Shown: positions 36,669-47,764 of the stretch, in pieces
How the letters are laid out: the number at the start of each line of letters is the position of its first letter
How positions within the stretch are numbered: position 1 is the stretch's first letter
From: Azolla caroliniana
Lineage: Eukaryota > Plantae > Polypodiophyta
Length of the DNA stretch: 64,000 nt
NCBI GenBank assembly: GCA_043228905.1
Contig: JBHGNT010000011.1
Span: forward strand, 14,136,001-14,200,000
Reading direction: 5' to 3'
Translations under genes and position numbers: made by a program
Notes under the pieces: model-generated
Databases searched by the model: none
Seen by the model: only the letters and a program-made list of their open reading frames with translations
What the model was told of the DNA's origin: nothing

Positions 36669-39040
36669 TCAGCAAAGATACTTGATCCCACCACTTGCAC
36701 TGCTCCACAAAGGCTGCGGAGAATATGGTATGATACTGTATCTCTGGTCTATCTCCTCAGTTACCAAATTCTCCTGAACAGGTACAATACTTTTACTTGA
36801 TTTGGCAACCTCTCCATATCTGGAAGAACCACAGCTTAGTGGCTCGCACCTCTGCCCTAAACTATTCCTTAGAAGCTTCTTCTGCGGAGAATTATTGATA
36901 CTGCCTCTCATATGATTCCTAGCACTAGCATTAGACCCAACGTTTGTTCTTTTCCTACAATAGTTCTTATCCAGGGACTTTGGTATCACAAAAGAAAACT
37001 GACTTGGACTCACACCTCCATTCATAACATAGTGGGGATTTTCAGCAAGGAAACTGCATGAAAAAAACATAAGAATTATTGTCAGTTCTTTGCATTCAGA
37101 GCTCTATGTTTAACAGCATCTATACATGATAGTAACTGTAGAAATCGATGCTCTGATATATTCATGTACCGTTCAATTTCAGGCATTGACCGCAGTTTCT
37201 TTCCATTCGGAGCTATGTAATATCTGAACATGATATGAAAAACAAATTAGTAGCAAAGCAAGCAGCAGAAATACACTAAGCAATAGGAAAATGTTTAACA
37301 TCTGTTATTTCAGAACCATTTTACAAGCGTCAATACATGTAATATATCACTGTTGCACGTAAGGAAAAAATGCATACACCTTATTTTTGCTTTCACCATA
37401 TAAAATAACATCAATTTCATTTATGCCTAGAACTTACTAGAAGGTTGTAAATAATGGATCATCTCAAAGAGATACCCACAATCTTCATATATTTGTGCCT
37501 TACCGATAGAATTAAAATATTTACTAACTAAATAGCAAAACAATGTACATTCAATGGATAAAAACGAGCGGTTGGACATTGGACATTCGTTTATGCTCAC
37601 CTCTGTAGGCTACAAAGAACGAAGTAACAATAGAAATAATCTGCATGTTAACTTACATCAGAAAAAAAATCAACTTGTACACTCCCAGAACAGCACCTTC
37701 ATAAATTTGTTTCCATATGGACTACACAATCTAATGTATAATCATCTACAGTTATGCTCATACAATGGATAAAAACAATAGTATGGAATCACAATTCTAG
37801 ACCATTATTAAAATGTGTGCAGGTTGATCTATAACTACACTCACATGTCAGCAAACTTCGAAGCACCGGCACCCCTGATGACAAGTAATCTCTGCCACCC
37901 ATCAGGAGCAACTGGGATATTAGGTTTATCAATCGCCCACAAGTACTTCGGATCATCCAAAAGCTCTGAAGGGTCATCACAAGAAGCCGCTGGATTCCAG
38001 GCCTTACCACCACTGCAATAGAATGGTCTCTCTAGTATTGATTCTCTAATCCTCTCATAATGTTCTTTCGAAGGGGCAAGTCTCCACTTCATACATGCTG
38101 CACATTGAATCGCAAAAGCCCCCACAGATGGTAAAATCCTAGGCGTTTGCAATCGTTCCTTTCTCGCATCATATGGAGACGTTTTCTTCCTGGACACATT
38201 AGCTGAAGGAAAGTGGGGTTGCATTGCCTCCTCTGATACATAAGATTCTTTTGTAACGACTTTCTGACCAAAAGTGGAAGAAACCATGGCTGAAGTCGAA
38301 TGTTTTAATATTTCTGGTCCTGCATGAGTATTACTAGCAGACGTGCGATTGGGTCCGGGCTTAGGGGCTTCTTCTTTATGATCTTCGCTGCTACTGTGAA
38401 CAACAATCTGAAGATTTTCATGAGAACTGCTAGGGAAAAACTGATGATTTTGAGGCTGGGTCGTCATTACATTTTCACTTTGAGAGGTAGATTGATTGCA
38501 AACATTGTTGTGCGAGCAGTTTCTTGCATTCGTTTGATCAGAATCACCCAGTGTGTAGATACTTTTGGACGTCTTCTCCCGCTTCATCGAATATAACCTT
38601 TCTTGAACAGAAGTAGGCGGAAACATTTGCTTCAAATCATGGGTAATTTGAAGCTTCATTCTTTCATCATCTCCAGATGAAAGAGGGCTGATCTGCTTAT
38701 TCGATGTGATAGGCTTCTGATCAGAAGTATTACCATGAAACACCTTCATGCCTATTTCTGGATTTGTTATCGCGGAACGAGAATCCACTTCATCAAACGA
38801 GAGCGGTTCTATATATTTCCCATTGGATACATCTGTCGTACGGTTCTTATGCAGAGATTCATTACCACCAATATTGGTTTCTATGTAACAAGACTTTGGC
38901 TCGGAAGAAGAGGCTTGTGTGTACAGAAGAAAGTTAGAAGAAGAAGGAAGATCTCGTAGGAATCCGGATGATCTGTGTTCCGATATAGACTCATTTGAAT
39001 TAACCGACGATAAACATAACGCATTCGACGCCATCTTCAT
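36669..39040 (-). CDS. CW-type zinc finger + methyl-CpG-binding domain protein (MBD2-like); exons 39040-37845, 37223-37170, 37053-36669, ~544 aa
   Basis: VGAFAIQCAACMKWRL...F.C...W....CDDP (zf-CW); LWAIDKPNIP..PDGWQRLLVIRG..SKFADIYYIAPNGKKLRSMPEIERFL...SQFSFVIPK (MBD). Exon phases add up; start codon less certain. Confidence 0.88.
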
Positions 39041-39669
39041 GCAATACCTATAAAGCAGACACAACACAAACTTTCCTTCTTTGCGTTGCACTTCTTATGG
39101 TTCGCGTTGTCTTCGAGAGGCACTCCTGCTAAATTAAAGGGCGAAAAAAAAAAACAAGACAAAAAGAGAGAATGAGTAAAAAGGAGAGATCAAGAAAGAA
39201 AGAGGGAAAGAAACGATTACACATTTGAATCCATTTCAGATATATATACATTAAAATATATATGTATATATGGATTTAACTGCTCATTTGTCCAACTTAT
39301 ACTATTCCTGGCCGTTTTTAGTATTAGTTTTTGAATAACTACAGAGACGAATAATACGAAAGAAACGTTCCAAAAGCTTCGTTTATGTGCATGCACTCAC
39401 ATGCCTTACCTTCAAACAAGATGACTTGTTTCGTTACTATGCCAGAAATGGCGAAATGGAGAAGGAGGGCGGGAAAGAATACAGAAGCATTGATAAGATG
39501 AAGTTGCACCTATAAGTGTGCCTACATGAAGAAGGGCGAGATTCAATCAGATGGAGCTGTATATACATATGCATAAAGCCATCTGTAAATACACACTCAT
39601 GTACACAGATGTGTGCGTGAATGCTATGCCGAGCGCTGTCTGTGCAAATATGTATTACGTGATAGTAAT

Positions 39670-40060
39670 TGTGTGTGTGTGTGTGTGTGTATTATCAACA
39701 CGGAAACGGATTGATGGTGAGTGACGGAGCAGAGAAATGGATAACAATGAAGCAGCAGATCAGTTTTTAGATGAACATCGAGAAGGAAGTTGGATTAACG
39801 TCCAACTATTCAAGAGGCATAATACAAGTGTTCTTGTAATGAGATGAAGAAGGATGAGGCCATGCATCCATTAAAGTAGCAGCAGTATTGAATCTTGATG
39901 GAGAAGAAGAAGAAGAAGAAGAAGAATCAAAACTGTACTAAAAATTCAGAATGCACGTACTCATAGGAGGAAATGGATAGATGACAGCGGAAGGATATAG
40001 TACGGTGGGCAACATCTGCATATACAGGTTAAATGGGCGGATGTCTATGGAGGACATGAT

Positions 40061-40091
<31 letters not shown>

Positions 40092-40339
40092 GGTGTGGTG
40101 GTTTGATTAGACCTTGACAAAGAATGATGATGATAATAATAAAGAGATATATATGGAACTTGCATTCACAGAGAGACAGAGAGAGAGAGAGAGAGAAATG
40201 AACGCAGCAAGTAATATAATTTATAAACATACATAAAATGGAGGAGGAGGAGGAGGAGGAGGAGGAGCAAAACTTACTTTGATGGAAGAAGTAACGAGAA
40301 TGTCAGTTGCAGGGGACAAAATGGTGGATTAATGGAAGC

Positions 40340-40370
<31 letters not shown>

Positions 40371-41146
40371 TAATGGCAAGCAAGCGAGTGAGTGAGTGAG
40401 GGAGTGGTGGTGTGTCAGCTCTCATACATATACATACATACATGCATACATTGTGTATTTTTGTATTGTGTGTGGTGTGTGTGTGTGTGTGTGTGTGTGT
40501 CAGGAGGTTTGTGGGGGGTACTTAATGTTCCACCATTGATTGAGTTCATTTATACATACATACATACATACAATATGTACATACATACATACAGATTGAG
40601 AGTCGAGAGACTGCACTGCACTGCACTATATTGACGACATGTATGTATGTATGGCATATATCATGCATGTCATGTATGTATGCAAAATGTACAACATACA
40701 GACGCACGCACGCATTGATGAAGCAGAAAGAAGATGATGAAGACGAATAAGAAGAAGAAGAAGTAGAAGATGATGATGATCGTGTCACTGAATGAATGAG
40801 AGAGAGAGAGAGAGAGAGAGAGGATGGATGGATGGATGGATGGATGGATGGATGGATGGATTCCCTCGAGAGACGAAAAGAGAAGAGAAGAGAAGAAAGA
40901 GGGAATGGGAATGGGAATGGGAGCGAAATTTGAGATATCTGATTGATTGATTGATTGCAGTAAATGCGAAATTTTGAAATCATAGATCGCTTAGAAGAAG
41001 AAGAAGAAGAAGAAGAGAGAGAGAGAGAGAGAGAGATTAGCGGGGGGTTGGGGGTTCTGTTTTCTTTTCGATCTTTTTTTATGGCGGCTGCCCCCCATGG
41101 ATGCGATGCCTGCCTGCCGTTACATTCACTATCTTCTCCTCTTCCT

Positions 41147-41187
<41 letters not shown>

Positions 41188-41300
41188 TACATGCATATAT
41201 ACATTATATACATATCTATCTATAGATATATCTATATCATGAGAAGAAGAGGAGGGGGTGGTGGGGCTTTCTATATGATCGAACTTGGGTTCTCTCTCTC
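39670..41300. repeat. Microsatellite-dense 5' region of the MBD gene
   Basis: (GT)n, (GA)n, (GAT)n, (GAG)n, (GATG)n, (ATAC)n and (GAA)n tracts. Confidence 0.85.
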
Positions 41301-44300
41301 TCAAATTCTATGACTTGGAACGCCAACACCCCAAAGAGAGGCCCACCCGCCCACACGCTCACTCACCATCCCATCGCTAGTCTTGTAAATTGTAGGCACT
41401 CCTTTGTGGGGCGATGAGATTTTGAGCCCGAGTGTGTTGCGTGCCCATGAGAGTTGGGACGAGGTGAGAGAGGTGAGAGAGGTGATATATATACGTGCTC
41501 TCGCATTGTTTGCCCCATCCTCGGTGAAAGCTAATATTCTTTTCTTCTGCTTTTTCTCTACCTCCATGCCTTTGGAGCCATTGGTGCATTGCATTGGAAA
41601 AAGTCTTTCCAAAGTGGAGTACATGGATTAGTCTCGGTTTCTAAAACTTGTTTGCCAACGAAATCAATGTTTGGGCATGCTCTCTTGCTCATAGTTTGTT
41701 TGGGTGGGGACACACTCGCCTTTGTCGAACAATAGAAAAGCAAAATGTGGTTTCCACAAGCTAGGATTTTGATATAGTTTTGGCAAAGTTTAGGATTGGT
41801 GTTATGGTGAATGAAATTGTGCCCTTAGAAGCGCGTTATATCATTCATATAGGGAACGTCACACGTACACAAATAAAAACTACTAATGTACAAAGTTGTG
41901 TTGAAAAAGCATTGAAAGAAATATCATGCAACTCTAGACAATCAGGCAATCATTGCCATAGAAAGTGCTTGAAGAAATTGAATTCATGAAAATTGGGTTG
42001 ATGGAAGATAGTGTGGTAGAGTACTATCCATTGAGGAAGCCATAATCACCAAAAATCTTAAACCACTCTCTATTGGACGTATTGCAAAGCGGCACTAGGA
42101 ATGAGATGAATATCTAGAAAAACTTACAACAATGGAGTCTTTGGAAATAACGAAAGGGGTTGCCTTTATAGGAATACTCTCTATTTGCATCGAACTAGTA
42201 TATCTTGATCCTTTTTTCTTTTTTTTTAAAGGATTTTCTTCAATAGTATTAAGAAAAAACGCCTGAAGGCTACAACTTGAACCTAGCTTGCAAGGAGGTT
42301 ACAACTTTTCTTACACAATGATGTAAATATAATCATAGGACCAAATATCGAACTTTGTAGAAGATGTTTGCATTTGTTGATATTCAAGAAAGAGTCCATG
42401 GAAGTCGATATTGCCATTGAGGCTCTTGAGTTGACATTGTAAACAGGGGTAACTTTTTCCATAAGTGATGGAGCTTTTTCCTTTTCTTGTTCACAGTATC
42501 TGGGGAACCCTACATATTATCATATTGGCCATAGACTATTGCCAGCAAGTTCTCCCATATCTCAAACGATACATCTGAGCAATGAATGTCTACCGCATCA
42601 TAAAGTCGGTTACATCGATATTTCCATAATGCCCATAATGTTAGTGGTCATTGTTTTCCAAATCTTGATCTTGTTCTATTCCATGCATATGTTGAGTGAC
42701 TTTCTTCCAATTTTGAATTAACTTTGTGCAAAATGGGTACCATACTACAACGTTATCATGCTTACCGAATATTATATCCCAAATTGTAGTAGTTTAGGAT
42801 CCAAAACAATTTGATTTCTTGAATTTGCACATATTCATTGACATCTTAATTCATGGGTGAATCTACACATAATCAACGAGCATTGCTGCTTTACTCACTC
42901 GTTTGTGCGTTTCTAAATTGAGTACAATCAAACCTCCCAATGACTTCATTATGCAAACTTTGTCACTATGACAACAACCTCAACCCTTTACCTACATCTT
43001 TCAACTTCCAAAACTACTCTATGAACTCCCACAACATCCTTTGAAGTTGCATTGTGGACCAATATACAACTGTTTTTATAACTTAATGTTTATCGTATTT
43101 TATATAACGCTCATTCCTCTTTTCACCTATCTACGATGTTCCATCCTCATAGATCAAATGCTTAACCGTTTAATCCCGATTAAGGTTTTCTTGTAACCAT
43201 AACAATTGGTAATCATACACATAAAAGGGCAACAACTTATATTTTCGAAAGTTCAGTTTTACCCTAGTTTACAATGTTGTATGATTGTAAAGCATCCATA
43301 TCGTATATGCATATGGTGTGGATCATTAAACGAATAAAGGAAGTATCATCAACATAGGCATGTACATAGAGATGTTCATGTGTGGACCTTTGTGACTCTC
43401 TACAAACGCAAACTTGAACAAATTTATCCATCTACAAAAGAAGAGCATATGTGGAATGGAGTTGATATTGCTCTTGCATATTGTAATAGTTATATAAACT
43501 TTCAAGTGTAGCACACCATTTTAATCCTGTGTTTCACAACACAACAATCAATTTGTTTAGATTTATTTGTTGAAGAGACTAGTTGATACAACATACAATA
43601 TGATTAGTCAACAATATAGAGCATCCAAACATGACCATCTTCCCTGTTGGAGCAAGTTGTGTCACCTCGAGTTGCTTCACAACAAGCACACAACCTCATT
43701 CTATCGTGAGTTCTCTATCCTTACTGAAATCACATATTCGAGTCGGACTACCATATACCCTCTTGGTGAGCCATGTGAGAATGTTTGTCAAGCATTGCCA
43801 AGCTACTATCACTCAAATACTTAGACTTTACGAACTCTCACTCTACTCTCTCGTTTATGTTTCCTAACTAGAAAATAGCTAGACTTTATGAACTCTCGCT
43901 CTACTCTCTCATTTATGCTTCCTAACTAAGAAAATAGCTAAGGCCTTAAAAATAGGGCTTAAGCATTAAAACATATTAGACATATAAGTCATACACTAAT
44001 AAGCAAACCACACTTCATTTAGTTGATATACATCACATCACACATACAAAGAGATTAGAGCTTGGCTTCAAATTAGCACTTAGCGGTAGTCTCCTGTAAA
44101 GTACGAGAGAGCGCTCTGGCATAAATCTAAAAGAGAAGACGAAGAAGAACTAAAAAAAGCACAAAAGAGACCTTTGTAGTGTCTGTATTGATCCCTTTCA
44201 CACTATAAGGCTTTAACTCTATAACTATCCTTTCGTGTCCTCTTTTCTTGGTCCCACATGCATCCCTGGAACCAATCACAATATCCTTGTTGGTAGTGCT

Positions 44301-45188
44301 ACATACCATAGGTACTTAGCACATGGTGCAAATCCATATTCTCATCCAAGGCCCATGGAGGGAGACATCATATATATGAAAACCAATAAAGGCATGTATA
44401 TGAAGGTGAGATTTCCATACCTGAGCTTGAATACAAGGGATTGCACAAGTAAACAGTAATGGCATGTCATATGGCCCTATCAATGTTGTAGCTGAGTACC
44501 TTTCCCCTTATTCCAACAAAAGTCCATGGAAGCAATATTAGATGTAATCATGTGACATGAATATATATCCAGTGTTCCTTTGAACCTCTATATCCATGTG
44601 CTAGAGGGGATGCTAAATGTAAACATTGATCATGATATGGATACACATGCAGGAACTAAATATGTAAATAATGATCCCCATATCCAAATGTATCCAAGCA
44701 GTAGAGGGGGTCTTAAATGTGAACAAAGACCAATTATATATCCATGACATATGTGGTAGATACAATAACCATGGAAACTACCTTTGGATCATATCCCTGT
44801 AAGTAGAAGGGCTCTTTTATGTAAACAATGATAATGACATACATATTCTTTTGGATCTCCACATTCATGTACTAAAAAGGATCGTTATTGTGAAATGACA
44901 TTGACATGACTTTCAATCTACATATCCATGGGGTAAGAGATATCTTAGATGTAAAAGATGCTGCCATGGATATGTTGTATGCAGTATATGTCTTGAAATC
45001 TCCACATCTATGTAGCTGAGAAGATCTTAGATTGCAAACGAGGATTAGATGGTTACTCATGTAGTGTTTCCTTTCGAATCTCCACGAGGGCAAAGGGCAA
45101 GGTAAGGCTCTATAGCTCTTCATTGTTCAAGACTCTTCATGAAAGTTCATTCTCCTTTACCTTTGAAAAGATCCATAAGCATATGCTC

Positions 45189-47207
45189 TCATTCTTGTTC
45201 AAAAAATCTCATAACCTCTTCCACTCCAAAAGATGTACAAGAAGCAAACATATTCAACATCAGAGCAAAGGCAGATGCATCATCCTGTTCTGAGTCAATC
45301 ATATTCTTAATAACAGATATTGCTAGCTCAAACTCTCCATGTAGCTTGCAACCATTAAGCAATGCCCTTGATACTACTGAATTAATATCAAGAGGTAAGC
45401 TTCTTATGAGGTCTGCTGCATCATATAAATGCCCGATGCGAGCCAGCAAATCCACCATACATACAAAATGATCATCTGTTAGTATGATATGCCCATCTTG
45501 GACCATGCTTATGAAAATGTAGACCCCTTCATCAATCAAACCTACTCTACTACACGCTGATAAAACACCAAGAAATGTGACATCATTAGGCTCGATATAA
45601 GCCTGTTGCATCCCCTCACCAAGTAAGAGGCTCTTCCTTGCATATCCATGGAGAGCATACCCTGAGATTATTGAATTCCATGAAATTATGTCTTTGTGAG
45701 TCATTTTGTCAAATACAAAACAAGCACAATGTATATCTCCACACTTAACATATGAATCAATTAGAGCATTACCAACAAGAGAATCTATTTCCTTGCCATA
45801 ACTGACAAGTTTAAAATGTATCTGCATGCTTAATTCTAGGTTTCCAACAAGAGAGCATGCGTTAATAATGGCAACAAAAGTGACTTCATTTGGTTGCACC
45901 CCCTCCAATTCCATTTCCCTCAGTAGTTTGTTGGCCTTATCTGCATACTCATTTTTGCCGTAACTGTGAATCATCATAGTCCAAGACACAACATCTTTAC
46001 AGTGTAGATTAATGAACACTTGTTGGGCATCCTCAAGTTTATTACAATTTAGATAAAAATCAATGAGAGAGTTTCCTAATGATACATCAATAACTACTTC
46101 ATTCCATACCATTTCATTATAAATGGATTTTCCCCATTCAAGATCCATAACTGTCGCACAACATTTCAGAATGGTAACAAAAGTTACACGGTTTGGAAAG
46201 CAATCCATTATTTCATAGAGTTTGAATGCATTTCTTAGAAGGCCATGTTTAGCATAACCTGAAATCATGGTGTTCCATGTGACCACATTTTTTACATGCA
46301 TTTTGTGAAACAATTGACATGCATCATCAATTTTACCACATTTATGATACATATCGATTAAGGCATTTTCTGCAGCCTCACGCTTAGAGTATCCAAGATG
46401 GATAGAAATTGCATGAAGTTGTCTTCCCCACCCCAGAGTACATGATGATGTACATGCACTAATCATGCATATAAAAGTGGTATCATCAGGATGAAATCCT
46501 TCACATTCCATTTGTTGAACTGCTCGAAAGGCTTTCTCTACATGACCCTTTTGAGCATATCCAGAGATAATGATGGTCCAAGCAATTACATCCCTATAAC
46601 ATATGCTCTCAAACATTTGAATTGCATCTTCAATACTATCACATTTCAGATACATGTTTATTAAAGCATTGGCACTATACGGATTTACGTCCAACCCATA
46701 TTCTATTACACGCTCATGTATCATTCTTCCAGCTTGGAGGTCACCAAGCTTTGTACAAGCATTTGTGACATTGAGAAAAGTAAAACTATTTGGCAGAATA
46801 ACTCCATCATGAAGCATTTTCTCAAACAAAATAAGGCCTTCACAAACATGGTCTACATCATGCACGTATCCTGCAATCATGGCTGTCCAAGAGACCACAT
46901 TATGATGTGTTATGTGGTCAAATACACATCTGGCATCATGGATATGACCACATTTCGCATACATGTCAACAAGTGTAGTACATACAGAAATAGGAATAGA
47001 CAACGCATTTTCGACGAGGTGGGTATGGATAACTCTGGTCTCGTGAAAGCTTCTTTTGTTAAGAAAAAAACCCTGCAAAAGCGGTATGTAAGAAGAAGGA
47101 TCTACAAGTGCATTTCCTCTAAGAAGAGCATCGAGCACATAAAAAGCTTCATGAAGGCATCCGTTCTTGATTAGTGTATTCAATCTCCATTTAATATCAA
47201 CATTCAT
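45189..47207 (-). CDS. PLS-class pentatricopeptide repeat protein with an E-type C-terminus, no DYW
   Basis: Single long ORF with repeated LVDMYAKCG..DA..VFD / VVSWTAMIAGY / PN.VTF..+L.AC units; ends CMVDLLARIGHL..A..LI..LP....RALLNGCKLHGE (E domain). Start at ATG 47207 or in an upstream exon. Confidence 0.92.
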   Translation of the reverse strand: MNVDIKWRLNTLIKNGCLHEAFYVLDALLRGNALVDPSSYIPLLQGFFLNKRSFHETRVIHTHLVENALSIPISVCTTLVDMYAKCGHIHDARCVFDHITHHNVVSWTAMIAGYVHDVDHVCEGLILFEKMLHDGVILPNSFTFLNVTNACTKLGDLQAGRMIHERVIEYGLDVNPYSANALINMYLKCDSIEDAIQMFESICYRDVIAWTIIISGYAQKGHVEKAFRAVQQMECEGFHPDDTTFICMISACTSSCTLGWGRQLHAISIHLGYSKREAAENALIDMYHKCGKIDDACQLFHKMHVKNVVTWNTMISGYAKHGLLRNAFKLYEIMDCFPNRVTFVTILKCCATVMDLEWGKSIYNEMVWNEVVIDVSLGNSLIDFYLNCNKLEDAQQVFINLHCKDVVSWTMMIHSYGKNEYADKANKLLREMELEGVQPNEVTFVAIINACSLVGNLELSMQIHFKLVSYGKEIDSLVGNALIDSYVKCGDIHCACFVFDKMTHKDIISWNSIISGYALHGYARKSLLLGEGMQQAYIEPNDVTFLGVLSACSRVGLIDEGVYIFISMVQDGHIILTDDHFVCMVDLLARIGHLYDAADLIRSLPLDINSVVSRALLNGCKLHGEFELAISVIKNMIDSEQDDASAFALMLNMFASCTSFGVEEVMRFFEQE

Positions 47208-47764
47208 AGGGACTCTGCCCTCTTTGTGGCGGATAGGAAACGCATAAGGATCTACACACACACACACACACGTACATGTGGCATGTGTCACGTGTCATGT
47301 CTCATGTCTCATGTCTCATGTCTCATGAGTCATGTATCATGTGTATGGACGATTCTCATCGGATTTTCCGAATCTCATCTTGACAATCGCTACATATGCT
47401 TGTTTTGTCTACCGCAACATCCAAGGCCACAATTAGGCCCACCATTTCTATTTCTTTTCGCATTGGTAATACAACTCTTTCTTGGCTTTTATCTCACTTT
47501 TGATGTTTCTTGTGTAACATGAGCTAGTGCTAAAACATGGACATAGATGGTACATGTGTATGTATGTTTTATATACTATATGAATTGGAGGGAGTAATTT
47601 GGAAACCTTACATGAGAAAGATGTTTGGAATGTCTAGGGTCATTCCCTCGTCTCTATATTCAGGACAAACATTAACATAGTCATGTTGAAATGCTAGAAA
47701 CCTAGGAAAGTATGTTGGTTGTCAATACTTTTGAATTGGTGGAATCCTACAATATTAAGGAAGT

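Noticed and set aside
36669-39040. Functional link between the MBD reader gene and the transposon methyltransferase 8 kb away
   Set aside because: The MBD gene is an ordinary host gene outside the TIRs; proximity alone is not evidence.
40546-41304. 252-aa ORF and neighbouring ORFs
   Set aside because: Translation of microsatellites (SLSL, HTHT, IHPS); no domain.
43568-44040. Possible solo LTR with a ~59-bp internal duplication
   Set aside because: A TG start and LTR-like composition are present, but no matching TSD or clear right end was found.
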